In this document: positions 27,701 through 43,300 of the stretch, in pieces
Layout: the number at the start of each line of letters is the position of its first letter
How positions within the stretch are numbered: the first letter of the stretch is position 1
Assembly (NCBI RefSeq): GCF_009914755.1
Contig: NC_060933.1
DNA length: 64,000 nucleotides
Origin: the human T2T-CHM13v2.0 reference genome, Homo sapiens
Direction: 5' to 3' (one strand)
Position numbers and translations under genes: made by a program
The notes under the pieces: model-generated
What the model was told of the DNA's origin: nothing
Database searches by the model: none
The model's input: the letters and a program-made list of their open reading frames with translations, nothing else

Positions 27701-30700
27701 CATTCCACTCTGGTTGATTCCATTCCTTTCCATTCCACTCGAATACATTCCCTCCTATTCCACTCGGAACGATTCCATTCCATTCCATTCCATTCCATTC
27801 CATTCCATTCCATTCCAGTTCGTTCCATTCCGTTCTATTCCGTACCATTCCATTCCATTCCATTCCTTTCCATTCCATTCCTTTCCACTCGTTTTGATTC
27901 CATTCCTTTCCATTCCATTCGGTTTGAAGGCATTCCATTCCATTCCATTCCATTCCATTCCATTCCATTCCATTCCATTCCATTCTATTCCATTCCATTG
28001 CAATCGAGTTGAATCCATTGCCTTTCATTCCATTCCATTCCATTCCATTCCATTCCGGAAGATTCCATTCCATTGTATTCCATTCCATTCCATTCCCCTG
28101 CACTCGCGTTGATTCCATTCCATTCCATTCCGTTCCGTTCCATTCCATTCCATTCCATTCCATTCCGTTCCGTTCCATTCCATTCCATTCAATTCTATTC
28201 GGGTTAATTCCATTCCATTCCATTCGATTGCCATCGAGTTGATTCCATTCCATTCCATTCCATTCCATTCCATTCCATTCCATTCCATTCCATTCCATTA
28301 CGGATGACTCCATTCCATTGCATTCCATTCCATTCCATTCCTCTGTACTCGGGTTGATTCCATTCCATTCCATTCACCTCCATTCGGTTCCATTGCATTC
28401 CATTCGATTGCATTCCATTCTATTCGGGTTAATTCCATTCCATTCTATTCCATTCCATTCGATTCCATTCCATTGCAATGGAGTTGATTCCATTCCATTC
28501 CATTCCATTCCGGATGATTCCATTCCATTGCATTCCATTCCATTCCATTCCCCTGCACTCGGGTTGATTCCATTCCATTCCATTACATTACATTCCGTTC
28601 CATTCCATTCCATTCCATTCGGATTGATTTTATTCAATTCCCTTACACTCCATTACATTCCATTCCATTCGGGTAGTTTCCATTCCTTTCCAATACATTC
28701 CTCTCTATTCCATTGCACTCGGGTTGATTCCATTCCAATCCATTCCATTCCATTCCATTCCATTCCATTCCATTCCATTCCATTGTACTCGGGTTGATTC
28801 CATTCCATTGCATTCCATTCCATTCCATTCCATTCCATTCCATTCCATTCCGTTCCATTCCATTACATTACATTCGGATTGATTCTATTCAACTCCCTTA
28901 CTCTCCATTACATTCCATTCCATTCGGGTTGTTCCATTCCATTCCATTCCATTCCACTCCATTCCATTGCACTCGGGTTGATTCCATTCCATTCCATTCC
29001 ATTCCATTCCATTCCATCCCGGATGATTCCATTCCATTGAATTCCGTTCCATTACATTCCCCTGCACTCCGGTTGATTCCATTCCATTCCATTCGATTCC
29101 ATTCGATTCCATTCCATTCCAATTCGTTCCATTCCAATCTATTCCGTACCATTCCATTCCATTCCATACCATTCCATTCCATTCCATTCCATTCCATACC
29201 ATTCCATTCCATTCCGTTCCATTCCATTCCATTCCATTCTATTCGGGTTAATTCCATTCCATTCCATTCCATTCCATTCTATTCCATTCCATTGCAATCG
29301 AGTTGAATCCATTGCTTTCCATTCCATTCCATTCCGGAAGATTCCATTCCATTGCAATCCATTCCATTCCATTCCCCTGCACTCGGGTTGATTCCATTCC
29401 ATTCCATTCCATTCCATTCCATTCCGTTCCGTTCCATTCCGTTCCATTCCATTCCATTCCATTCCATTCCGTTCCGTTCCGTTCCGTTCCGTTCCATTCC
29501 TTTCTATTTGGGTTAATTCCATTCCATTCCATTCGATTGCAATCGAGTTAATTCCATTCCATTCCATTCCATTCCATTCCATTCCTTTCCATTCCATTAC
29601 GGATGATTCCATTCCATTGCATTACATTCCATTCCATTCCCTTGTACTCGGGTTGATTCCATTCCATTCCATTCCATTCCATTCCATTCCATTCCATTCC
29701 ATTCCATTCCATTCCGGAAGATTCCATTCCATTGCATTCCATTCCATTCCATTCCCCTGCACTCGCGTTGATTCCATTCCATTCCATTCCATTCCATACC
29801 GTTCCGTTCCGTTCCGTTCCGTTCCATTCCTTTCCATTCCATTCCATTCCACTCCATTCCGTTCCGTTCCATTCCATTCCATTCCATTACATTCTATTCG
29901 GGTTAATTCCATTCCCTTCCATTCGATTGCAATCGAGTTGATTCCATTCCATTCCATTCCATTCCATTCCATTCCATTCCTTTCCATTACGTTACGGATG
30001 ATTCGATTCCATTTCATTCCATTCCATTCCATTCCCCTGTACTCGGGTTGATTCCAATCCATTCCATTCCAATCCATGCCATTCCACTCGTGTTGATTCC
30101 GTTCTTTCCATTCCATTCAAGATGAATCCATTCCATTACATCCCATTCCATTCGATTCCATTCGATTGCACTCGTGTTGATTCCATGGCATTGCATTCCA
30201 TTCCATTCCATTCCATTCCTTTCCATTCCTTTACATTCCATTCGGATTCATTCTATTCAATTCCCTTACACTCCATTACATTACATTCCATTCGGGTAGT
30301 TTCCATTCCATTCCATTCCATTCCTCTGCATTCCATTGCACTCGGGTTGATTCCATTCCATTCCATTCCATTCCATTCCATTCCGGATGATTCCATTCCA
30401 TTGAATTCCATTCCATTCCATTCCCCTGCACTTGGGTTGATTCCATTCCATTCCATTTTATTCCTTTCTGTTCCATTCGATTCCATTCCATTCCATTCCA
30501 TTCTATTCGTGTTAATTCCATTCCATTCTATTCCTTTCCATTCCATTGAAATCGAGTTGATTCCATTCCATTCCATTCCATTCCATTCCATTCCATTCCA
30601 TTCCATTCCGGATGATTCCATTCCATTCCATTGCATTCCATTCCATTCCATTCCCCTGCACTCGGATTGATTCCATTCCATTCCATTCCATTACATTCCG

Positions 30701-33700
30701 TTCCATTCCGTTCCATTCCATTCTATTCGGGTTAATTCCATTCCATTCCACTCCACTCCATTCCAGTCCTTTCTATTCCATTCCACTCGGGTTGATTCCA
30801 TTCTATTCCTTTCCATTCCATTCCATTCCATTGCAATCGAGTTGATTCCATTCGAGTTGAATCCATTCCATTCCATTCCATTCCATTCCATTGCACACGG
30901 GTTCATTCCCTTCCATTCCATTCCATTCCATTCCATTCCTTTTCATTCCATTCCATTCCATTCCATTCCATTCCATTTCATTCCATTCCATTCTATTCCG
31001 TACCATTCCATTCCATCCCATTCCATTCCGTTCCATTCCAAGCCATTACACTCGGGTTGATTCCATTCCTTTCCCTTCCATTCTTGTTGAATCCATTCCA
31101 TTCCATTCCACTCCATTCGAATCCATTCCATTGCACTCGGGTTGATTCCATTCCATTCCATTCCATTTCATTCCATTCCATTCCATTACATTCGGATTGA
31201 TTCTATTCAATTCCCTTACACTCCATTCCATTCCATTCCATTCCATTCCATTCCACTCCATTCCATTGCATCAGGTTGATTGCATTCCATTCCATTCCAT
31301 TCCATTCCGGATGATTCCATTCTATTGCATTCCATTCTATTCCATTCCCCTGCACTCGGGTTGATTACATTCCATTCCATTCCCTTCCATTCCTTTCCAT
31401 TCCATTCCATTCCAATCTATTCGGGTTAATTCCATTCCATTCCATTCGATTCCACTCCTTTCCATTCCATTCCATTGCAATCGAGTTGATTCCATTCCAT
31501 TCCGTTCCAGATGATTCCATTCCATTGCATTCCATTCCATTCCATTCCCCTGCAGTCAGGTTGATTCAATTCCATTCCATACCATTCCATTCCATTCCAT
31601 TCCATTCCATTCCATTCCATTCCTTTCCATTCCATTCCATTCCATTCTATTCCATTCTATTCGGGTTAATTCCATTCCATTCCATTCCATTCCATTCCAT
31701 TCCAATCGAGTTGATTCCATTCCATTCCATTCCATTCCATTCCACTCAATTCCAGTCCTTTCCATTCCATTCCTCTCGGGTTGATTCCATTCTATTCCTT
31801 TCCATTCCATTCCATTCCATTGCAATCGAGTTGATTCCATTTCTTTGCATTCCATTGCATTCCATTCCATTCCGGATGATTCCTTTCCATTGCATTCCAT
31901 TCCATTCCATTCCCCTGCACTCGGGTTGATTCCATTCCATTCCACTCCATTCCGTTGCATTCCATTCCATTCCATTGTATTCGGGTTAATTCCATTGCAT
32001 TCCATTCCATTCCATTCCATTCCATTCTATTCCATTCCATTACAATCGAGTTGATTCCATTCCATTCCATTCCATTCCATTCCAGTCCTTTCCATTCCAT
32101 TCCACTAGGGTTGATTCCATTCTATTAGTTTCCTTTCCATTCCATTCCCTTCCATTCCACTCTGGTTGATTCCATTCCTTTCCATTCCACTCGAATACAT
32201 TCCCTCCTATTCCACTAGAAACGATTCCATTCCATTCCATTCCATTCCATTCCATTCCACTCCATTCCATTTCGTTCCATTCCATTCTATTCCGTACCAT
32301 TCCATTCCATTCAATTCCATTCCATTCCATTCCACTCGTGTTGATTCCATTCCTTTCCATTCCATTTGGTTTGAAGGTATTCCATTCCATTCAATTCCAT
32401 TCCATTCCTTTCCATTCTATTCCATTCCATTCCATTCCATTCCATTGTACTCGGGTTGATTCGATTGCATTGCATTCCATTCCATTCCATTCCATTCCAT
32501 TCCGTTGCATTCCATTCCATTACATTCGGATTGATTCTATTCAACTTCCTTTCTCTCCATTACATTCCATTCCATTCGCGTTGTTCCATTCCATTCCATT
32601 CCATTCCACTCCATTCCATTGCACTCGGGTTGATTCCATTCCATTCCATTCCATTCCATTCCATTCCATTCCGGATGATTCCATTCCATTGCATTCCGTT
32701 CCATTACATTCCCCTGCACTCGCGTTGATTCCATTCCATTCCTTTCCATTCCTTTCCATTCCGTTCCATTGCATTCCATTCCATTCTATTCAGGTTAATT
32801 CCATTCCATTCCATTCCATTCCATTCTATTCCATTCCATTGCAATCGAGTTGAATCCATTGCATTTCATTCCATTCCATTCCATTCCATTCCATTCCGGA
32901 AGATTCCATTCCATTGCATTCCATTCCATTCCATTCCCCTGCACTCGCGTTGATTCCATTCCATTCCATTCCATTCCATTCCATTCTTTTCCTTTCCATT
33001 CCATTACGGATGATTCCATTCCATTGCATTCCATTCCATTGCATTCCCCTGTACTCGGGTTGATTCCATTCCATTCCATTCCAATCCATGCCATTCCACT
33101 CGTGTTGATTCCATTCTTTCCATTCCATTCAAGTTGAATCCATTCCATTGCATTCCATTCCATTCGATTCCATTCGATTGCACTCGGGTTGATTCCATTC
33201 CATTGCATTCCCTTCCATTCCATTCCATTCCATTCCATTCCATTCCGTTCCATTCCATTCCATTACATTCGGATTGATTCTATTCAATTCCCTTACACTT
33301 CATTACATTCCATTCCATTCGGGTAGTTTCCATTCCATTCCATTCCATTCCTCTCCATTCCATTGCACTCGGGTTGATTCCATTCCATTCCATTCCATTC
33401 CATTCAATTCCATTCCATTCCATTCCATTCTATTCCATTCCATTGCATTCCATTGTACTCGGGTTGATTCCATTCCATTGCATTCCATTCCATTCCATTC
33501 CGTTCCATTCCATTCCATTACATTCGGGTTGATTCTATTCAACTCCCTTACTCTCCATTACTTTCCATTCCATTCGTGTTGTTCCATTCCATTCCATTCC
33601 ATTCCACTCCATTCCATTGCACTCGGGTTGATTCCATTCCATTCCATTCCATTCCATTCCATTCCATTCCATTCCGGATGATTCCATTCCATTGCATTTC

Positions 33701-34398
33701 GTTCCATTACATTCCCCTGCACTCGCGTTGATTCCATTCCATTCCATTCCATTCCATTCCATTCCATTCCGTTCCATTCCATTCCATTCCATTCTATTCG
33801 GGTTAATCCCATTCCATTTCATTCCTTTCCATTCTATTCCATTCCATTGCAATCGAGTTGAATCCATTGCATTTCATTCCATTCCATTCCATTCCATTCA
33901 GGAAGATTCCATTCCATTGCATTCCATTCCATGCCATTCCCCTGCACTCGCGTTTATTCCATTCCATTCCATTCCATTCCATTCCATTCCTTTCTGTTCC
34001 GTTCCATTCCATTCCATTCCATTCCATTCCATTCCATTCCATTACGTTTCATTCCATTCCATTCCATACTATTCGGGTTAATTCCATTCCATTCCATTCG
34101 ATTGCAATCGTGTTGATTCCATTCCATTCCATTCCATTCCATTCCATTCCATTCCTTTCCATTCCATTACGGATGATTCCATTCCATTGCATTCCATTCC
34201 ATTCCATTCCCCTGTACTCGGGTTGATTCCATTCCATTGCATTCCAATACATGCCCTTCCACTCGTGTTGATTCCATTCTTTCCATTCCATTCAAGTTGA
34301 ATCCATTCCATTGTATTCCATTGCATTCGATTCCATTCCATTGCACTCGGGTTGATTCCATTCCATTGCATTCCATTCCATTCCATTGCATTCCATTC

Positions 34399-37300
34399 CG
34401 TTCCATTCCATTCCATTACATTCGGATTGATTCTATTCAATTCCCTTACAGTCCATTACTTTCCATTCCATTCGGGTAGTTTCCATTCCATTCCATTCCA
34501 TTCCTCTCCATTCCATTGCACTCGGGTTGATTCCATTCCATTGCATTCCATTCCATTCCATTCAATTCCATTCCGTTCCATTCCATTCCATTACATTCCG
34601 ATTGACTCTATTCAACTCCCTTACTCTCCATTACATTCCATTCCATTCGGGTTGTTCCATTCCATTCCATTCCATTCCACTCCATTCCATTGCACTCGGG
34701 TTTATTCCATTCCATTCCATTCCATTCCATTCCATTCCATTCCATTCCATTCCGGAAGATTCCATTCCATTGCATTCCATTCCATTCCATTCCCCTGCAC
34801 TCGCGTTGATTCCATTCCATTCCATTCCATTCCATTCCATTCCATTCCATTCCATTCCTTTCCGTTCCATTCCATTCCATTCCATTCCATTCCATTCCGT
34901 TCCGTTCCGTTCCATTCCATTCCATTCCATTCCATTCCATTCCATTCGGGTTAATTCCATTTCATTCCATTCGATTGCAATCGAGTTGATTCCATTCCAT
35001 TCCATTCCATTCCATTCCATTCCATTCCATTCCATTCCTTTCCATTCCATTACGGATGATTCCATTCTATTGCATTCCATTCCATTCCATTCCCCTGTAC
35101 TCGGGTTGATTCCATTCCATTCCATTCCAATCCATGCCATTCCACTCGTGTTGATTCCATTCTTTCCATTCCATTCAAGTTGAATCCATTCCATTGCATT
35201 CCATTCCATTCCATTCCCCTGCAGTCGGGTTGATTCCATTCCATTCCATTCCATTCCATTCGATTCCATTCCATTCCATTCCGTTCCGTTCCGTTCCATT
35301 CCGTTCCTTTCCATTCTATTCGGGTTAATTCCATTCCATTCCATTCCATTCCATTCCAATCGAGTTGATTCCATTCCATTCCATTCCATTCCATTCCACT
35401 CCATTCCAGTCCTTTACATTCCATTCCACTCGGGTTGATTCCAATGTATTCCTTTCCATTCCATTCCATTCCATTGCAATCGAGTTGATTCTATTGCTTT
35501 GCATTCCATTCCATTCCATTCCATTCCGGATGATTCCATTCCATTGTATTCCATTCCATTCCATTCCCCTGCACTCGGGTTGATTCCATTCCATTCCACT
35601 CCATTCCGTTCCATTCCATTCCATTCCATTGTATTCGGGTTAATTCCATTCCATTCCATTCCATTCCATTCCATTCCATTCCATTCCATTCCATTCCATT
35701 ACAATCGAGTTGATTCCATTCCATTCCATTCCATTCCATTCCATTCCATTCCAGTCCTTTCCATTCCATTCCACTCGGGTTGATTCCATTCTATTAGTTT
35801 CCATTACATTCCATTCCCTTCCATTCCACTCTGGTTGATTCCATTCCTTTCCATTCCACTCGAATACATTCCCTCCTATTCCACTCGGAACGATTCCATT
35901 CCATTCCATTCCATTCCATTCCATTCCATTCCATTCCAGTTCGTTCCATTCCGTTCTATTCCGTACCATTCCATTCCATTCCATTCCTTTCCATTCCATT
36001 CCTTTCCACTAGTGTTGATTCCATTCCTTTCCATTCCATTCGGTTTGAAGGCATTCCATTCCATTCCATTCCATTCCATTCCATTACATTCCATTCTATT
36101 CCATTCCATTGCAATCGAGTTGAACCCATTGCCTTTCATTCCATTCCATTCAATTCCATTCCATTCCATTCCGGAAGATTCCATTCCATTGCATTGCATT
36201 CCATTCCATTCCCCTGCACTCGCGTTGATTCCATTCCATTCCATTCCATTCCATTCCGTTCCGTTCCATTCCATTCCATTCCATTCCATTCCATTCCGTT
36301 CCGTTCCATTCCATTCCATTCCATTCTATTCGGGTTAATTCCATTCCATTCCATGCGATTGCCATCGAGTTGATTCCATTCCATTCCATTCCATTCCATT
36401 CCATTCCATTCCATTCCATTCCTTTCCATTCCATTACGGATGACTCCATTCCATTGCATTCCATTCCATTCCATTCGTCTGTACTCGAGTTGATTCCATT
36501 CCATTCCATTCCACTCCATTCGGTTCCATTGCATTCCATTCTATTGCATTCCATTCTATTCGGGTTAATTCCATTCCATTCTATTCCATTCCATTCCATT
36601 CCATTCCATTGCAATGGAGTTGATTCCATTCCATTCCATTCCATTCCGGATGATTCCATTTCATTGCATTCCATTCCATTCCATTCCCCTGCACTCGTGT
36701 TGATTCCATTCCCTTCCATTGCATTCCATTCCGTTCCATTCCTTTCCATTCCATTCCGTTCCATTCTATTCCGGTTAATTCCATTCCATTCCATTCCATT
36801 CCATTCCATTCCATTCCATTCCATTGCAATCGAGTTGATTCCATTCCATTCCTTTCCATTCCATTCCATTGCCTTGCATTCCACTCGGGTTGATTCCATT
36901 CCCTTCTTTCCACTCCATTACATTCCCTTCCATGATTGATTCCATTCCATTCCATTCCATTTCATTCCATTGCAATCCATTCCAATCCATTCCATTCCAT
37001 TCCATTCCACTCGAGTTGACTTCATTCCATTCCTTTCCATTCTATTCCATTCGTTTCCACTCGAGTTGATTCCATTCCATTCCAATCCATTACATTCCAT
37101 TCCATGCCATTCCACTCGGGTTGATTCCATTCCTTTGCATTCCATTCCATTCCATTCCATTCCATTCCATTCCATTCCATTCCGTTGCATTCCATTCCAT
37201 TACATTCGAATTGATTCTATTCAACTCCCTTACTCTCCATTACATTCCATTCCATTCGGGTTGTTCCATTCCATTCCATTCCATTCCACTCCATTCCATT

Positions 37301-40300
37301 GCACTCGGGTTGATTCCATTCCATTGCATTCCATTCCATGCCGGATGATTCCATTCCATTGCATTCCGTTCCATTACATTCCCCTGCACTCGGGTTGATT
37401 CCTTTCCATTCCATTCCATTCCATTCGATTCCATTCCATTCCCCTGCACTCGCGTTGATTCCATTCCATTCCATTCCATTCCATTCCATTCCATTCTATT
37501 CCATTCCATTCCTTTCCATTCCAGTCTTTTCCATTCCATTCCACTCGGGTTGATTCCATTCTATTAGTTTCCATTCCATTCCATGCCCTTCCATTCCACT
37601 CTGGTTGATTCCATTCCTTTCCATTCCACTCGAATACATTCCCTCCTATTCCACTCGGAACGATTCCATTCCTTTCCATTCCATTCCATTCCATTCCATT
37701 CCATTCCATTCCATTTCGTTCCATTCCATTCTATTCCGTATCATTCCAGTCCATTCCATTCCATTCCATTCCATTCCATTCCACTAATGTTGATTCCATT
37801 CCTTTCCATTCCATTCGGTTTGAAGGCATTCCATTCCATTCCATTCCATTCCATTCCATTGTACTCTTGTTGATTCCATTCCATTGCATTCCATTCCATT
37901 CCATTCCATTCCGTTGCATTCAATTCCATTACATTCGGATTGATTCTATTCAACTCCCTTACTCTCCATTACATTCCATTCCATTCGGGTTGTTCCATTC
38001 CATTCCATTCCATTCCACTCCATTCCATTGCACTCGGGTTGATTCCATTCCATTCCATTCCATTCCATTCCATTCCGGATGATTCCATGCCACTGCATTC
38101 CGTTTCATTACATTCCCCTGCACTCACGTTGATTCCATTCCATTCCATTCCATTCCATTCAATTCCTTTCCAATACAATTCGTTCCATTCCATTCTATTC
38201 CGTACCAATCCATTCCATTCCATACCATTCCATTCCATTCCATTCCATTCCATTCCATTCCGTTGCATTCCGTTCCATTCCATTCCATTCCATTCTATTC
38301 GGGTTAATTCCATTCCATTCCATTCCATTCCATTCCATTCTATTCCATTCCATTGCATTCGAGTTGAATCCATTGCATTTCATTCCATTCCATTCCATTC
38401 CATTCCATTCCGGAAGATTCCATTCCATTGCATTCCATTCCATTCCATTCCCCTGCACTCGCGTTGATTCCATTCCATTCTATTCCATTCCATTCCATCC
38501 ATTCCGTTCCGTTCCGTTCCATTCCATTCCATTCCATTCCATTCCGTTCCGTTCCATTCCATTCCATTCCATTCTATTCGGGTTAATTCCATTCCATTCC
38601 ATTCGATTGCAATCGAGTTGATTCCATTCCATTCCATTCCATTCCATTCCATTCCATTCCATTCCTTTCCATTCCCTTCCGGATGATTCCATTCCATTGG
38701 ATTCCATTCCATTCCATTCCCCTGTACTCGGGTTGATTCCATTCCATTCCATTCCAATCCATGCCATTCCACTCCTGTTGATTCCATTCTTTCCATTCCA
38801 TTCAAGTTGAATCCATTCCATTGCATTCCATTCCATTCGATTCCATTCGATTGCACTCGGGTTGATTCCATTCCATTGCATTCTATTCCATTCCATTCCA
38901 TTCCATTCCATTCCATTACATTCGGATTGATTCTATTCAATTCCCTTACACTCCATTACATTCCATTCCATTCGGGTAGTTTCCATTCCATTCCATTCCT
39001 CTCCATTCCATTGCACTCGGGTTGATTCCATTCCATTGCATTCCATTCCATTCCATTCAATTCCATTCCGTTCCATTCCATTCCATTACATTCGGTTTGA
39101 TTCTATTCAACTCCCTTACTCTCCATTACATTCCATTCCATTCGGGTTGTTCCATTCCATTCCATTCCATTCCACTCCATTCCATTGCACTCGGGTTTAT
39201 TCCATTCCATTCCATTCCATTCCATTCCATTCCATTCCGGAAGATTCCATTCCATTGCATACCATTCCATTCCATTCCCCTGCACTCGCGTTGTTTCCAT
39301 TCCATTCCATTCCATTCCATTCCAATCCATTCCATTCCGTTCCGTTCCGTTCCATTCCATTCCATTCCATTCTATTCGGGTTAATTCCATTCCATTCCAT
39401 TCGATTGCAATCGATTTGATTCCATTCCATTCCATTCCATTCCATTCCATTCCATTCCATTCCTTTCCATTCCATTACGGATGATTCCATTCCATTGCAT
39501 TCCATTCCATTCCATTCCCCTGTACTCGGGTTGATTCCATTCCATTCCATTCCAATCCATGCCATTCCACTCGTGTTGATTCCATTCTTTCCATTCCATT
39601 CAAGTTGAATCCATTCCATTGCGTTCCATTCCATTCCATTACATTCGGATTGATTCTATTCAATTCCCTTACAGTCCATTACTTTCCATTCCATTCGGGT
39701 AGTTTCCATTCCATTCCATTCCATTCCTCTCCATTCCATTGCACTCGGGTTGATTCCATTCCATTGCATTCCATTCCATTCCATTCAATTCCATTCCGTT
39801 CCATTCCATTCCATTACATTCCGATTGACTCTATTCAACTCCCTTACTCTCCATTACATTCCATTCCATTCGGGTTGTTCCATTCCATTCCATTCCATTC
39901 CACTCCATTCCATTGCACTCGGGTTTATTCCATTCCATTCCATTCCATTCCATTCCATTCCATTCCATTCCGGAAGATTCCATTCCATTGCATTCCATTC
40001 CATTCCATTCCCCTGCACTCGCGTTGATTCCATTCCATTCCATTCCATTCCATTCCATTCCATTCCATTCCATTCCTTTCCGTTCCATTCCATTCCATTC
40101 CATTCCATTCCATTCCGTTCCGTTCCGTTCCATTCCATTCCATTCCATTCCATTCCATTCGGGTTAATTCCATTTCATTCCATTCGATTGCAATCGAGTT
40201 GATTCCATTCCATTCCATTCCATTCCATTCCATTCCATTCCATTCCATTCCTTTCCATTCCATTACGGATGATTCCATTCTATTGCATTCCATTCCATTC

Positions 40301-43300
40301 CATTCCCCTGTACTCGGGTTGATTCCATTCCATTCCATTCCAATCCATGCCATTCCACTCGTGTTGATTCCATTCTTTCCATTCCATTCAAGTTGAATCC
40401 ATTACATTGCATTCCATTCCATTCCATTCCCCTGCAGTCGGGTTGATTCCATTCCATTCCATTCCATTCCATTCCATTCCATTCCATTCCATTCCATTCC
40501 GTTCCGTTCCATTCCGTTCCTTTCCATTCTATTCGGGTTAATTCCATTCCATTCCATTCCATTCCATTCCATTCCAATCGAGTTGATTCCATTCCATTCC
40601 ATTCCATTCCATTCCACTCCATTCCAGTCCTTTCCATTCCATTCCACTCGGGTTGATTCCAATGTATTCCTTTCCATTCCATTCCATTCCATTGCAATCG
40701 AGTTGATTCCATTGCTTTGCATTCCATTCCATTCCATTCCATTCCGGATGATTCCATTCCATTGTATTCCATTCCATTCCATTCCCCTGCACTCGGGTTG
40801 ATTCCATTCCATTCCACTCCATTCCGTTCCATTCCATTCCATTCCATTGTATTCGGGTTAATTCCATTCCATTCCATTCCATTCCATTCCATTCCATTCC
40901 ATTCCATTACAATCGAGTTGATTCCATTCCATTCCATTCCATTCCATTCCATTCCAGTCCTTTCCATTCCATTCCACTCGGGTTGATTCCATTCTATTAG
41001 TTTCCATTACATTCCATTCCCTTCCATTCCACTCTGGTTGATTCCATTCCTTTCCATTCCACTCGAATACATTCCCTCCTATTCCACTCGGAACGATTCC
41101 ATTCCATTCCATTCCATTCCATTCCATTCCATTCCATTCCAGTTCTTTCCATTCCGTTCTATTCCGTACCATTCCATTCCATTCCATTCCTTTCCATTCC
41201 ATTCCTTTCCACTAGTGTTGATTCCATTCCTTTCCATTCCATTCGGTTTGAAGGCATTCCATTCCATTCCATTCCATTCCATTCCATTCCATTCCATTAC
41301 ATTACATTCCATTCTATTCCATTCCATTGCAATCGAGTTGAACCCATTGCCTTTCATTCCATTCCATTCAATTCCCTTCCATTCCATTCCGGAAGATTCC
41401 ATTCCATTGCATTGCATTCCATTCCATTCCCCTGCACTCGCGTTGATTCCATTCCATTCCATTCCATTCCATTCCGTTCCGTTCCATTCCATTCCATTCC
41501 ATTCCATTCCATTCCGTTCCGTTCCATTCCATTCCATTCCATTCTATTCGGGTTAATTCCATTCCATTCCATGCGATTGCCATCGAGTTGATTCCATTCC
41601 ATTCCATTCCATTCCATTCCATTCCATTCCATTCCATTCCTTTCCATTCCATTACGGATGACTCCATTCCATTGCATTCCATTCCATTCCATTCGTCTGT
41701 ACTCGAGTTGATTCCATTCCATTCCATTCCACTCCATTCGGTTCCATTGCATTCCATTCTATTGCATTCCATTCTATTCGGGTTAATTCCATTCCATTCT
41801 ATTCCATTCCATTCCATTCCATTCCATTGCAATGGAGTTGATTCCATTCCATTCCATTCCATTCCGGATGATTCCATTTCATTGCATTCCATTCCATTCC
41901 ATTCCCCTGCACTCGTGTTGATTCCATTCCCTTCCATTCCATTCCATTCCGTTCCATTCCTTTCCATTCCATTCCATTCCATTCTATTCCGGTTAATTCC
42001 ATTCCATTCCATTCCATTCCATTCCATTCCATTCCATTCCATTGCAATCGAGTTGATTCCATTCCATTCCTTTCCATTCCATTCCATTGCCTTGCATTCC
42101 ACTCGGGTTGATTCCATTCCCTTCTTTCCACTCCATTACATTCCCTTCCATGATTGATTCCATTCCATTCCATTCCATTTCATTCCATTGCAATCCATTC
42201 CAATCCATTCCATTCCATTCCATTCCACTCGAGTTGACTTCATTCCATTCCTTTCCATTCTATTCCATTCGTTTCCACTCGAGTTGATTCCATTCCATTC
42301 CAATCCATTACATTCCATTCCATGCCATTCCACTCGGGTTGATTCCATTCCTTTGCATTCCATTCCATTCCATTCCATTCCATTCCATTCCATTCCATTC
42401 CGTTGCATTCCATTCCATTACATTCGAATTGATTCTATTCAACTCCCTTACTCTCCATTACATTCCATTCCATTCGGGTTGTTCCATTCCATTCCATTCC
42501 ATTCCACTCCATTCCATTGCACTCGGGTTGATTCCATTCCATTGCATTCCATTCCATGCCGGATGATTCCATTCCATTGCATTCCGTTCCATTACATTCC
42601 CCTGCACTCGGGTTGATTCCTTTCCATTCCATTCCATTCCATTCGATTCCATTCCATTCCCCTGCACTCGCGTTGATTCCATTCCATTCCATTCCATTCC
42701 ATTCCATTCCATTCTATTCCATTCCATTCCTTTCCATTCCAGTCTTTTCCATTCCATTCCACTCGGGTTGATTCCATTCTATTAGTTTCCATTCCATTCC
42801 ATGCCCTTCCATTCCACTCTGGTTGATTCCATTCCTTTCCATTCCACTCGAATACATTCCCTCCTATTCCACTCGGAACGATTCCATTCCTTTCCATTCC
42901 ATTCCATTCCATTCCATTCCATTCCATTCCATTCCATTTCGTTCCATTCCATTCTATTCCGTATCATTCCAGTCCATTCCATTCCATTCCATTCCATTCC
43001 ATTCCACTAATGTTGATTCCATTCCTTTCCATTCCATTCGGTTTGAAGGCATTCCATTCCATTCCATTCCATTCCATTCCATTGTACTCTTGTTGATTCC
43101 ATTCCATTGCATTCCATTCCATTCCATTCCATTCCGTTGCATTCAATTCCATTACATTCGGATTGATTCTATTCAACTCCCTTACTCTCCATTACATTCC
43201 ATTCCATTCGGGTTGTTCCATTCCATTCCATTCCATTCCACTCCATTCCATTGCACTCGGGTTGATTCCATTCCATTCCATTCCATTCCATTCCATTCCG

